Assembly: GCA_002396005.1 (NCBI GenBank)
Contig: DGVW01000052.1
Location: 9,148-73,147 of the forward strand
Length of the DNA: 64,000 nucleotides
Direction of reading: 5' to 3'
Source: Oribacterium sp. UBA4274
GTDB taxonomy: Bacteria > Bacillota > Clostridia > Lachnospirales > Lachnospiraceae
Positions 10,132 to 20,202 of this stretch are shown piece after piece (within the stretch, counting starts at the first letter, position 1; every line of letters starts with the position of its first letter). A model generated the notes under the pieces. It ran no database searches. It was given only the letters and a program-made list of their open reading frames with translations, and had not been told where the DNA came from. Position numbers and translations under genes: made by a program.

Positions 10132-12057
10132 CTATGCATCAATCACTGCTTCGTCTGCATGGTCATGTATGAAATCACGTCTCGGTCCTACTTCAGAACC
10201 CATAAGCATGCTGGTTACATCGGAAGCAAGACGTCCGTCCTCTATCTCAACTCTCTTTAATACACGGTTCTCCGGGTTAAGTGTTGTTTCCCAAAGCTGT
10301 TCCGGGTTCATCTCACCAAGACCCTTGAATCGTTTCAGGTCATATGTACCGGCCTTGTGATTCTTCTGATACTTTGTGAGAGCCGCCTCATCATAAAGAT
10401 ACTCAGATTCCTCCTTCTTATTGTGCGGAATAGCCTGATAAAGAGGAGGCATAGAAACATATACATGTCCTTCTGTTATGAGATCCGGCATGAAACGATA
10501 CAGGAAAGTAAGAAGCAATGTATCAATATGAGATCCGTCAACATCGGCATCGGTCATCAGGATGATCTTGTCATATCGAAGCTTCGTTATATCGAAATCA
10601 TTTCCGTATCCCTCAGAGAAACCGCAGCCAAAGGTATTGATCATAGTCTTGATCTCAGCATTGGCAAGCACCTTGTCGATAGATGCCTTCTCAACATTCA
10701 GAATCTTACCTCTGAGAGGCAGGATAGCCTGAGTGCGTCTGTCCCTGTGATTCTTGGCAGAACCACCCGCAGAGTCTCCCTCTACGATAAAGATTTCACA
10801 CTCCTCAGGATTCTTGGATATGCAGTTTGCGAGCTTACCGTTGGAATCGAAGCTGTACTTGCCCTTGCTAAGCATGTTGTTCTTGGCCTTGGCTTCCTGC
10901 TTTCTGATCTTGGCAGATTTTTCCGCACAGGCAATAATAGACTTAACCACTTCAACGTTTCTGTCAAAATAATGCTGAAGTTCTGAATCTACTATGGCCG
11001 AAACGTACTTGTTTGCATCCTGGCTGGCAAGCTTTGTCTTGGTCTGTCCCTCGAATATAGGATCCGGATACTTGATTGCAACAACTGCGATCATTCCGTT
11101 ACGTGTATCCGCACCTGTAAAGTTTTCATCCTTCTCCTTCAGGATGCCAAGCTGTCTTGCATAGCTGTTGATAAGCTGGGCAAACTTGGATTTAAATCCC
11201 GTAATATGCGTTCCACCCTCACGGGTTGCAATATTGTTACAGAAACCGTAAATGTTTTCCTCGAACTCATCACGGAACTGAATACAACACTCAAGTGTGG
11301 TACCCTCTGTCTCACCTTTAAAGTAAATCTCAGGAGTCACGGTATCTTTGCCCTTATTGACATCCTTGACATATGCCATGATGCCCTCAGGCTCATGATA
11401 ATCAATCACAACCGGAGCATCACCTCTATCATCTTTATAATGGATGGTGAGTTCAGGGTTCAGATACGCAGTTTCATGAAGTCTCGACTGAAGCCAGTCC
11501 TCTCTGAATCTTGTTTTTTCAAATATCTCGGAATCCGGAATAAACATGGTTTCAGTTCCTGTCTCCTTGGTCTTGCCGATAACAGGAAGCAGCCCCTTTA
11601 CAAGCTCCGTAGTTGGTTTTCCGCGTTCATAAGTATCCTCGGATATCTTTCCATCCTGATATACACGTATCCTCATAAACGATGAAAGTGCATTAACAAC
11701 CGAAGAACCTACTCCATGGAGACCTCCTGATGTCTTGTAGGACTTGTTGTCAAACTTTCCGCCGGCATGCAGAGTAGTGAGAACTACACGCTCTGCTGAC
11801 ACACCCTTCTGGTGCATGCCTACCGGGATACCACGACCGTCATCCCTCACTGTGCAGGATCCGTCCTTACCCAATGTAATCCAGATATTCTGTGCATAAC
11901 CGGCTAGATGCTCATCAACTGAATTGTCTACAATCTCGTAGATAAGATGGTTTAGTCCCTGAGAAGTGACTGAACCTATATACATGCCGGGTCTTACTCT
12001 TACCGGCTCCAGGCCCTCAAGGACTGTGATACTCGAAGCATCATATTTCTCTGCCAT
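10132..12057 (-). CDS. parE: type IIA topoisomerase subunit B, probably ParE
   Basis: LEGLEPVRVRPGMYIG, GHKL motifs EIVDNSVDE/DDGRGIP/GGLHGVG, EGDSAGG, PLRGKILN, DADVDGSHI, KGLGEM. Confidence 0.8.
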   Translation of the reverse strand: MAEKYDASSITVLEGLEPVRVRPGMYIGSVTSQGLNHLIYEIVDNSVDEHLAGYAQNIWITLGKDGSCTVRDDGRGIPVGMHQKGVSAERVVLTTLHAGGKFDNKSYKTSGGLHGVGSSVVNALSSFMRIRVYQDGKISEDTYERGKPTTELVKGLLPVIGKTKETGTETMFIPDSEIFEKTRFREDWLQSRLHETAYLNPELTIHYKDDRGDAPVVIDYHEPEGIMAYVKDVNKGKDTVTPEIYFKGETEGTTLECCIQFRDEFEENIYGFCNNIATREGGTHITGFKSKFAQLINSYARQLGILKEKDENFTGADTRNGMIAVVAIKYPDPIFEGQTKTKLASQDANKYVSAIVDSELQHYFDRNVEVVKSIIACAEKSAKIRKQEAKAKNNMLSKGKYSFDSNGKLANCISKNPEECEIFIVEGDSAGGSAKNHRDRRTQAILPLRGKILNVEKASIDKVLANAEIKTMINTFGCGFSEGYGNDFDITKLRYDKIILMTDADVDGSHIDTLLLTFLYRFMPDLITEGHVYVSMPPLYQAIPHNKKEESEYLYDEAALTKYQKNHKAGTYDLKRFKGLGEMNPEQLWETTLNPENRVLKRVEIEDGRLASDVTSMLMGSEVGPRRDFIHDHADEAVIDA

Positions 12058-12373
12058 TTAAAAACTCCTAAATAATATATTGTTTAATGTAAAGGTTAAA
12101 AGTATGAACCCGAAGTGCCTGCAGTGCACCACTCTCGGACAGCAACTACTTATATCCCTACATCCTAAATCAAATTAAATTTATCCGAAATTACCTGTGC
12201 TCCAAAAATTTTAGAGCACAACCGTTTGTAAATATATCATAGTGCCGGCAAAATTATCAAGCACAACTGTCCACATTCCTCTGTATTTCCCGTAAAGAAG
12301 TTGATAATTATCACGGCAACATATTTCCTTTTTTACATATATTTGAAAATAATATTTATTTTATCTCCCGAAA

Positions 12374-12382
12374 TGATATAAT
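12374..12382 (+). promoter_or_regulatory. extended -10 promoter (TGnTATAAT) for the PRTase-like gene
   Basis: TGATATAAT about 160 nt upstream of ATG 12544. Confidence 0.55.
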
Positions 12383-12543
12383 AGATTCATCAATATCGTG
12401 TAGTCCTGCTTTTTGGGATTTAAAAAACAAACAGTTTTCCGCGACGCAATACGTGATTGCAGAAACCTCGGTATCATTTGATATTTTTCAAGCTGTATGA
12501 GTGCCGGGGTTTGGCACCAAAGAAAACAGACAAGGAGTAACTT

Positions 12544-13182
12544 ATGCAGAAACCTTATCAAAAAATCGAAGCTCATGGTATATCTGTCCCTCTCAAGGTC
12601 ACAAAGGGACACTTTGCCACAAACCACTCTCATACAAACTACTATATCGATCTCACAACCGTAAAGGCCAGAGCATCTGAGGCTCACAGCGTGGCCGTAA
12701 GACTGGTTGAACAGGGGCTCTACAGCCTGGTCATCGATACTATCATCTGTGACGAGGGAACTGAGGTCATCGGTGCATTTATAGCAGAAGAACTGACCAA
12801 GAACGGTTTCATCAATACAAATGCTCACAAGACAATTTACATTGTTAAGCCTGAGTTCAACACCAATTCACAAATCATCTTCCGTGACAATATAAAGCCT
12901 ATGATCAAGGATAAGAACGTTCTCATCGTAGAAGGCTCTGTATCAACAGGAAGAACCATCAACAGAGTCATGGAGGCAGTTCACTATTATGGCGGTAAGC
13001 TCAGCGGCATTTCGGCCGTTTTCAGTGCTATAACCTCCTTCAACAATATGCCTGTTATCTCCGTTTATGGAAAAAACGAGGTTCCTGACTATATTTACAA
13101 TGATTACCACGACTGTCCTCTCTGCAAGGCAGGTCAGCCTATAGAAGGACTCGTTAATTCTTTCGGTGTATCCATGATTTGA
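12544..13182 (+). CDS. orotate phosphoribosyltransferase-like protein with degenerate PRPP loop
   Basis: PyrE-like GHF...H...YID N-terminus, VLIVEGSVSTG loop, C-terminal CPLC; AAGGAG RBS. Confidence 0.7.
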   Translation: MQKPYQKIEAHGISVPLKVTKGHFATNHSHTNYYIDLTTVKARASEAHSVAVRLVEQGLYSLVIDTIICDEGTEVIGAFIAEELTKNGFINTNAHKTIYIVKPEFNTNSQIIFRDNIKPMIKDKNVLIVEGSVSTGRTINRVMEAVHYYGGKLSGISAVFSAITSFNNMPVISVYGKNEVPDYIYNDYHDCPLCKAGQPIEGLVNSFGVSMI

Positions 13183-13245
13183 TGAAGTAAATACAGAATG
13201 GCAGTCTGTCAATCTGTATTCAGCTAAACCCAAACTATACTAATT

Positions 13246-13295
13246 AAGCCACAGCATCTATCGCTTCCAATCAGAATCGTAGAATGCTGTGGCTT
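13246..13295. terminator. stem-loop between convergent PRTase-like gene and galT
   Basis: AAGCCACAGCAT...ATGCTGTGGCTT inverted repeat followed by CTTTATT. Confidence 0.65.
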
Positions 13296-13322
13296 CTTTA
13301 TTGTTATATAAAAGATAATCGA

Positions 13323-14912
13323 TCAAATAGTCGCAATGAATCTGTCAAATGCAGCCTGTCCTTCCGGAGTTCTCTTGTAAACTCCGGCATCTTCAAGAAC
13401 ATGCATGAATACCTTTCCGATCTCATCCTGAAGAATCTTATCTATATTGCTCTCATCTATATCAATGCCCTGTTCATAGTATGCATCAGCAAATTCATCA
13501 ACCCAGTCAGCATGCTTGCTTATGGTCTCGATACTACGGATATCAGCACCGGAGAGGTATGCCTCCTTAAGCTCTGCCATCTCGTTCTTCAATCTGCTCG
13601 GAAGGACCGCAAGACCCATGACCTCGATAAGTCCGATATTTTCCTTCTTGATATGATGAAGCTTAGCGTGAGGATGATATACCCCCAAAGGATGCTCCTC
13701 TGTAGTGATATTGTTACGAAGCACCAGGTCAAGCTGGAACTCATCCTGAACTTTTCTCGCAATAGGAGTTATGGTCGAATGTGGGACACCGTCAGTCTCT
13801 GCATAGATAAATGCGCTCTCATCCGTATAACTTCTCCACTTGCCTAGTATCCTGTCAGCAAGTTCCGCAATCCTGTCAGTGTCTGTGCCTGAAAGACGGA
13901 TAACTGACATCGGCCACTTTACAACTCCTGCCTTGATATCCTCAAATCCCGGAACAGTAAAGCTTCTCTCTACAGGAGCCTTTGCCATGGCGAACTCATA
14001 ATTTCCACCTTGGAAATGCTCATGTGCCAGGATCGAGCCGCCAACGATCGGAAGATCGGCATTGGAACCTACAAAATAATGCGGGAACTGATGGACAAAA
14101 TCAAAAAGCTTTAAGAAAGCATTTTTATCGATTTTCATCGGAGTATGCCTGGTGTTGAGTACAATGCAATGCTCATTGTAATAAACATATGGTGAGTACT
14201 GGAAGCCCCACTCCTGTCCCTCTATCTCTATCGGTATGATACGGTGATTTTCTCTTGCCGGATAGTCAACACGGCCCGCATAGCCCTCGCACTCACAACA
14301 AAGCTGGCACTTTGGATATCCGGTCTGCTTTGCCTTACCTGCTGCAGCTATGGCCTTAGGATCCTTCTCCGGCTTACTGAGATTTATGGTGATATCAAGC
14401 TTCCCATATTCTGTCTCAGTCTTCCATTTGAGATCCTTCTTTACTCTGTAGCGTCTGATGTAGTCAGTATCCCTCGAGAAGGTATAGTACCAATCAGTGG
14501 CAAGCTTTGGGTCCTCCTCATAAAGGCCTGAAAAGTACGCCTGCACCTCTGAAGGTCTCGGAGTCAAAGCACCCATAAGCTTTGTGTCAAAAAGATCTCT
14601 GTATACAACAGAATCCCCCTCCGTAAGGCCATGCTCTACTGCATAATCGTCGAGAACTCTCAAAACTCCTTCGAGATATGAACCATCATCAATAACCCCA
14701 TTTTCTGTAGTGGTCTTATATTCCTCTGCCCAAACCTCATCGAACGGAAGCTTCTCTGCCTCTTCCATGACATCATCCTTAGTGACAGTCACTTCATCAA
14801 TCCTGAGATTAAGCGCAACCGTATTTAACGCCCAGATGATGTCCTCTTCCTCTATCAGATTTGTTCTGTAAGCATATGCCACCAGATTCTTTATTCCATT
14901 CTGTATATCCAT
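13323..14912 (-). CDS. galT: galactose-1-phosphate uridylyltransferase (Gram-positive type)
   Basis: ITINLSKPEKDP, YPKCQLC, QYSPYVYYNEHC, SNADLPIVGGSILAHEHFQGG, KKENIGLIEVMG. Confidence 0.95.
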   Translation of the reverse strand: MDIQNGIKNLVAYAYRTNLIEEEDIIWALNTVALNLRIDEVTVTKDDVMEEAEKLPFDEVWAEEYKTTTENGVIDDGSYLEGVLRVLDDYAVEHGLTEGDSVVYRDLFDTKLMGALTPRPSEVQAYFSGLYEEDPKLATDWYYTFSRDTDYIRRYRVKKDLKWKTETEYGKLDITINLSKPEKDPKAIAAAGKAKQTGYPKCQLCCECEGYAGRVDYPARENHRIIPIEIEGQEWGFQYSPYVYYNEHCIVLNTRHTPMKIDKNAFLKLFDFVHQFPHYFVGSNADLPIVGGSILAHEHFQGGNYEFAMAKAPVERSFTVPGFEDIKAGVVKWPMSVIRLSGTDTDRIAELADRILGKWRSYTDESAFIYAETDGVPHSTITPIARKVQDEFQLDLVLRNNITTEEHPLGVYHPHAKLHHIKKENIGLIEVMGLAVLPSRLKNEMAELKEAYLSGADIRSIETISKHADWVDEFADAYYEQGIDIDESNIDKILQDEIGKVFMHVLEDAGVYKRTPEGQAAFDRFIATI

Positions 14913-14928
14913 TGTTTTACACCTTTAA

Positions 14929-15945
14929 TCAGGAATTGTATCCGTTAGGATTCTTCTGCTGCCAGTTCCATGAATCTCTGCACATATCCTCGATGCTGTA
15001 CTTTGCCGTCCAACCAAGCTCTTTTTCTGCCTTGGCAGGGCTTGAGTAACAGGTTGCCACATCTCCGTCGCGACGTGCACAGATCTTGTATGGAAGCTTC
15101 TTGCCGCATGCCTTCTCAAATGCATGGATCACATCAAGTACTGAGTATCCGTGACCTGTTCCGAGATTGCATACAAACACACCGTCGTTTTTCTCAAATC
15201 TCTCGATAGCCTTTACGTGTCCTACCGCAAGATCAACTACATGGATATAATCACGTACTCCGGTTCCGTCAGGTGTAGGATAATCATCACCGAAAACATT
15301 GATCTCCTGAAGTTTTCCGATGGCAACCTGTGCCACATATGGCAAAAGATTGTTTGGTATACCCTTTGGATCCTCTCCGATGAGCCCTGACTCATGCGCT
15401 CCGATAGGATTGAAGTAACGAAGCAAGATAACGTTCCACTCAGGATCTGCTGTATGAAGATCTGTCAGAATCTGCTCCTGCATCCACTTGGTCCAGCCGT
15501 ATGGATTGGTACAGGTTCCCTTAGGACAGTTCTCTGTGATAGGAATCTCAGCAGGATCACCGTAAACTGTAGCTGAGCTTGAGAAGATAATGTTCTTAAC
15601 GCCATGAGCGCTCATCTCTGAAACAAGATTGAGAGTTGATCCGATGTTTGTACGATAGTACTCAATCGGCTTGTGAACTGACTCACCAACTGCCTTAAGT
15701 CCCGCAAAATGGATAACCGCATCTATTTCATTCTCATCAAACACCTTCTTAACAGCATCTCTGTCAAGAAGATCATCCTTATAAAACTTTACTTTCTTGC
15801 CTGTGATCTCCTCAATACGATCAACAGCCTTCTGATTTGAATTATAAAGATTGTCAATGATAACAACCTCATAACCCTCATTAAGAAGCTCTACACAAGT
15901 ATGGCTTCCGATATATCCAGCACCACCTGTTACAAGAATTCTCAT
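14929..15945 (-). CDS. galE: UDP-glucose 4-epimerase
   Basis: TGGAGYIGSH, FSSSATVYG, YGWTK (YxxxK), LRYFNP; ATG 15945 has an AGGAG RBS. Confidence 0.96.
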   Translation of the reverse strand: MRILVTGGAGYIGSHTCVELLNEGYEVVIIDNLYNSNQKAVDRIEEITGKKVKFYKDDLLDRDAVKKVFDENEIDAVIHFAGLKAVGESVHKPIEYYRTNIGSTLNLVSEMSAHGVKNIIFSSSATVYGDPAEIPITENCPKGTCTNPYGWTKWMQEQILTDLHTADPEWNVILLRYFNPIGAHESGLIGEDPKGIPNNLLPYVAQVAIGKLQEINVFGDDYPTPDGTGVRDYIHVVDLAVGHVKAIERFEKNDGVFVCNLGTGHGYSVLDVIHAFEKACGKKLPYKICARRDGDVATCYSSPAKAEKELGWTAKYSIEDMCRDSWNWQQKNPNGYNS

Positions 15946-16148
15946 AATGTCTCCTCTCGATACTATCATGCATCAACTGCATATCTCACTGCATCAATTG
16001 ACGCAACATATACGGCTCTCATAGAGCACTGAAAATAAATATAATTGCCGGTAAATCAAGCCCAACCTGAACCGGCATAAAAAAGATAATGAAACTATCC
16101 GTTGCTTTTGTCAATGCAGAAAGCTTCCGGCAGCTATATCATATTGCC

Positions 16149-17330
16149 TCAAACGATCTGTGGTCCGTCTCCAATGCTTACAACATAGAATGTACAGTCA
16201 TAGCCTACACGTTTCCTGTATGCCTCTCCAACAAGCTTCTTGAACTCATCAATGGCCTCATCCTTTACGATAGAAACGGTACATCCGCCGAATCCGCCTC
16301 CGGTCATACGTGATCCGAGAACTCCCGGAACCTTCCATGCTTCCTCTGCAAGTATGTCAAGCTCCTCACAGCTTACCTCAAAATCATCCCTCAGAGAAAC
16401 ATGAGAAGCATTCATAAGCTTACCGAACTCCTCTATGTTGCCGTTCCTCAGAGCTTCAACCGCAGTAAGTGTGCGATTGTTCTCATATACAGCATGCTTT
16501 GCTCTCTTCTGAACGACCGGATCCTTTATGGAATCCTTGTACTTCTCAAAATCATCATTACTGAGATCTCCGAGAGTCTTGATACCTGCTGCCTCAGCAA
16601 GGATCTCTCTTGCTTCCTCTGACTCTCTGCGGCGGTCATTATAGGCAGAGCCAACAAGCTTATGCTTTTTATTGGTGTTCGTAACGATAAGCTTCATGCC
16701 GTTTAAAACAACCGGTGCGTACTCGTAATTCAAGGTCGCGCAGTCGAGGAATATAGCATTGTCCTTCTTGCCCATGGCACTTGCGAACTGATCCATGATA
16801 CCACAGTTCATACCGCAGTAGTTGTTCTCCGCATCCTGTCCGATGAGAGCAAGGTCAACATTACTGACATCAAATCCGTAAAGGTCTCTAAGGATAAAAC
16901 CTGTAAGAACCTCAAGAGATGCACTTGAAGAAAGGCCTGATCCGTTAGGGATATTGCCGTAGATCACAAGGTCGAGTCCCTCATCCATCTTCATGCCTCT
17001 CTTATCAAAGGCCCACATAACTCCCTTTGGATAAGATGTCCAGCCATCCTCTTTAAGAGGCGCAAACTCATCCAGGGATGTTTCAACAACACCTGCCTTA
17101 TCAAGATTAACACTGTAAAAACGGAGCTTTCTGTCATGACGTTTTCTTGCTGCTGCATAAGTTCCTATAGTCAATGCACAAGGAAATACATGGCCTCCAT
17201 TGTAATCTGTGTGCTCACCGATGAGGTTCACTCTTCCCGGTGCAAAATAGCACTTTACACCATCAGTACTTCCTTCTCCGAATTTGTCTGCAAATGCTTT
17301 TAAAGCACCATCTTTAAATGAAAGATCCAT
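16149..17330 (-). CDS. galK: galactokinase
   Basis: APGRVNLIGEHTDYN, PNGSGLSSSAS, CGIMDQ, GSRMTGGGFGGC; start moved to ATG 17330 behind a GGGAGG RBS. Confidence 0.95.
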   Translation of the reverse strand: MDLSFKDGALKAFADKFGEGSTDGVKCYFAPGRVNLIGEHTDYNGGHVFPCALTIGTYAAARKRHDRKLRFYSVNLDKAGVVETSLDEFAPLKEDGWTSYPKGVMWAFDKRGMKMDEGLDLVIYGNIPNGSGLSSSASLEVLTGFILRDLYGFDVSNVDLALIGQDAENNYCGMNCGIMDQFASAMGKKDNAIFLDCATLNYEYAPVVLNGMKLIVTNTNKKHKLVGSAYNDRRRESEEAREILAEAAGIKTLGDLSNDDFEKYKDSIKDPVVQKRAKHAVYENNRTLTAVEALRNGNIEEFGKLMNASHVSLRDDFEVSCEELDILAEEAWKVPGVLGSRMTGGGFGGCTVSIVKDEAIDEFKKLVGEAYRKRVGYDCTFYVVSIGDGPQIV

Positions 17331-17430
17331 AGTCATCCTCCCAAACATCCATCTACTTTGCCGCCGGCTCCCGAACTGTAAACGACTCCCTAAAGAGTCC
17401 TCGGGCAGCAGCATCATGACACTATGTCAC

Positions 17431-17459
17431 ATTATAAAAAAGTGGTTTTTCACAGTCAA
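17431..17459 (-). promoter_or_regulatory. sigma-A promoter of galKET
   Basis: TTGACT-17 nt-TATAAT on the minus strand. Confidence 0.8.
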
Positions 17460-17771
17460 CGCGAAAAACCTCTCATAAATCTATAAAATCCTTTTTACTC
17501 AAGGTAATCGGACCGCGAACATGATATCACACCATGAAGTCCGTCTCTCACAAAATCGAGTCCGGCAATATGTCTCCCTGATGCTTATACCAATTTATCA
17601 CAAATGCAGAAAACCACACACTCTATCTCACAGATTGATAATTTCTGCATTTATTTTGGCGAATTTTGCTCACTATCTTTTATTTTCGACTATATGATAT
17701 CTGTCCATCGCTGAAAAACTAACTGTATCCGATGAATCGCAGCTTAACCACCGTAAACATCAGCATTTTCA

Positions 17772-18719
17772 TCAGAACAAGCCTAATTCTGTGAGACTCA
17801 TAATCCACAGGAAAATAGTAAACAGAGATGCTACTGTGCTGATAGCCAGAAGCTGTCCCTGCAGTTCTCCGTCACCACCCATATTTTCAGCCATCGAAAA
17901 TGATGCACTGGCAATAGGTGTGGCATACAGAATAAAGGAAATAAACAGTTCTGCACCTCTGTAGCCAAGTAAAATCATCATCAAAAGTACTGCTGCAGGT
18001 ACAACCACCAGTTTAAGTGTCAATACCGAAACTATGACATCAAGATTCTTTCTGATATCAGGCAATGACAGAGTCGCACCGAGTATAAATATTGACAACG
18101 GCGTAGTCATATTGGCAAAGCTTGCAACAGGCTTCATAACGGCCTGAGGTACAGGAATTCCAAAGCCTTTGAAAAGTGCTCCTGTAACTGCACCAACTAT
18201 GAGCGGGTTGGTCAGAATATTTTTTACCAGTTTACCGACATCCGTTTTGGCATTGTTCTGCTTGTCAAAAACAGTAAAAAGAATAACCGCTCCTATATTA
18301 TATATAGGCACTATCACGGCAATGACCAGAGACGCCAGTGCCCCGGCGCTCTCCCCATACATGGTGACACACAACGGATATGCAAACATAAGCGTATTAC
18401 TTCGCCATATCGACTGTATGACAACAGGTCTTCTGGGATTCTCTTTTATAACCGCAGGAACAATAAATATACATAACAGAATTATGCCAATAAGCGTTCC
18501 TATGCAGATTGCAAGCATTGAAGCATTAGCCCCTATGTCGATATCGGCGGTGTACAAATTGTTGAACATCAGCATAGGAAAAAACGCTTTGAAAACAAGC
18601 TGATTGAGACGTTTGTAAAAAACATCATCCCCGTATCCCAGATGCCGGAACAGATACCCGTACAACATATAACAAATAAACGGTATTACAGCATTAGCAG
18701 CGATAAGAAAACTCTGCAT
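17772..18719 (-). CDS. AEC (auxin efflux carrier) family membrane transporter
   Basis: About 10 TM helices; RSN..F..P, NPLI.G, P.A.ASFSMA..MGGD motifs; likely start MQSF at 18719. Confidence 0.85.
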   Translation of the reverse strand: MQSFLIAANAVIPFICYMLYGYLFRHLGYGDDVFYKRLNQLVFKAFFPMLMFNNLYTADIDIGANASMLAICIGTLIGIILLCIFIVPAVIKENPRRPVVIQSIWRSNTLMFAYPLCVTMYGESAGALASLVIAVIVPIYNIGAVILFTVFDKQNNAKTDVGKLVKNILTNPLIVGAVTGALFKGFGIPVPQAVMKPVASFANMTTPLSIFILGATLSLPDIRKNLDVIVSVLTLKLVVVPAAVLLMMILLGYRGAELFISFILYATPIASASFSMAENMGGDGELQGQLLAISTVASLFTIFLWIMSLTELGLF

Positions 18720-18738
18720 AAAAATCTCCATTCCGCTA

Positions 18739-19467
18739 TTATTTCTTTTTTGATCCGGTCTTTTTCCCGATTCTGACAATACGCGAAACTCTCAGATTCG
18801 GTTTTTTTACTGTCGTGCCATCCGGAAATGTCACCACCGGAGAATGCTTATGAAGCCTTCTCTTCCGACGAGGTTTTTCGTTTCGCTTTTCAACACGGTA
18901 CTTATTGATCTCATCCAAAATAGTATTATAGTCTCTCTCAAAAAGTTCTGTCGATATTTCTTTTCTTATAGCGTCATAAGACAATTGAGAAACGAGCCTT
19001 TTTATGACCTCTGTTTTGCTGAGTCTGTCATACTTGTGTTTCAGATTTCTATACACTATGTGCTGCAGTTCAGGTCTCCACAGGAGGCTCAGTTTATCCT
19101 CATATTTGATCAACGGATTTTCTGACGGTCTTCTGAGAATGTAAAAATCCGGGGTTCCGTCAATCTCATCTATCGTTATGATCCCCCAGAAATCGGGAAC
19201 ATGCTCCTCTATATGCATGGCATGGCTGGTTCCCACAGCAATGTAATTATAATCAAAGTATCTGTTGTAGTCCTTGATCTGTCCCGGAAGTCTCGCATAG
19301 GTATCGGCATCCGACTTTATCTCAATGCCGTATAGACTGTCTTCTGTCACCATGACAACATCCGCCCGGCTTCCACCCATTATCTTCTCCTCAATGATTC
19401 TGGTTTTTCCATATGTTTCTTCAAGAAACGAAAAAAGAGGTTCTCTGATATCTTTATCGTATAACAT
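18739..19467 (-). CDS. sce7726-like protein with PD-(D/E)XK nuclease-type motif
   Basis: IEEK...SRADVV...GIEIKSDADTYARL..Q...Y..YFDYNY, PDFWGI. Confidence 0.75.
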   Translation of the reverse strand: MLYDKDIREPLFSFLEETYGKTRIIEEKIMGGSRADVVMVTEDSLYGIEIKSDADTYARLPGQIKDYNRYFDYNYIAVGTSHAMHIEEHVPDFWGIITIDEIDGTPDFYILRRPSENPLIKYEDKLSLLWRPELQHIVYRNLKHKYDRLSKTEVIKRLVSQLSYDAIRKEISTELFERDYNTILDEINKYRVEKRNEKPRRKRRLHKHSPVVTFPDGTTVKKPNLRVSRIVRIGKKTGSKKK

Positions 19468-19579
19468 GTTCCAAGCTTTCCTTTAATTCTTAATGCCTGC
19501 TCCCCTTACAAAAGCCTCTGACAGAGCCATCGGGCAAGCCGGTATCAAAGCATACACACTATGATACCACATAGTAACA

Positions 19580-19650
19580 GTTAGTCTCTTCTAATGCTTT
19601 TGCACAAATTATTAATTTTTCATTTATTTATTTTGTTTAAATTGACTAAC
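19580..19650. promoter_or_regulatory. two putative DtxR/MntR-like metal-repressor operators upstream of feoA
   Basis: GTTAGTCTCTTCTAAT (19580-19595) and GTTTAAATTGACTAAC (19635-19650) fit a GTTAG-N6-CTAAC palindrome; the second overlaps TTGACT. Confidence 0.45.
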
Positions 19651-19808
19651 TTCGGGGCACGGTAATACTCTATTAGTAGAAAGACGCATTTCATTTATTT
19701 CATATTATCTATCAGACGATAAAATGTCAGCCTTACAGCCCAATCATTTTATCCCACATATAATTGCGGTATGGGAACACCTATATTATGAAAGGAAGGA
19801 GGACTCCT

Positions 19809-20024
19809 ATGACATATCTTGATAAAGTACCAATCGGAATCAGTAACACTATTAAATGGATCATCGGGGATGAGACTTTAAAAAGCTTTGCAAAGCGTTA
19901 TGGTCTTGAGCAAGGCTCAACTATAAGGGTGGTCCTCTCTGACAAGGATGCCATCATTGCCGAGGTCGGCGACGATCATCGTTTAGGCATTTCCATGGAT
20001 CTTGCGTCACGCATTGCAGTTTAG
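19809..20024 (+). CDS. FeoA-family (SH3-like) protein
   Basis: 71 aa, L...G......I......L......YGL..G..I.V pattern ending ISMDLASRIAV; AGGAGG RBS. Confidence 0.75.
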   Translation: MTYLDKVPIGISNTIKWIIGDETLKSFAKRYGLEQGSTIRVVLSDKDAIIAEVGDDHRLGISMDLASRIAV

Positions 20025-20055
20025 ATTCACTCATCAAAGCTTACATCTGTATACC

Positions 20056-20089
20056 AGAAGGAGACAGAACATAAACCTGTCTCCTTTTT
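20056..20089 (+). terminator. intrinsic terminator after feoA
   Basis: AAGGAGACAG/CTGTCTCCTT followed by a T tract. Confidence 0.85.
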
Positions 20090-20202
20090 CTATTTCACCT
20101 GCCAAAACCTCTAGTCAAAACCCCTTATCATTTCTATAATTATAATGATAAGCACATTTTATATTGCGCTTAAACCATCTTAGTATAGAGGGCATTTATC
20201 AA

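Noticed and set aside
12395-12425. PyrR-binding attenuator upstream of the PyrE-like gene
   Set aside because: AGTCCTG is present, but the conserved GAGAG/GAGG loop and a terminator with U tract are missing
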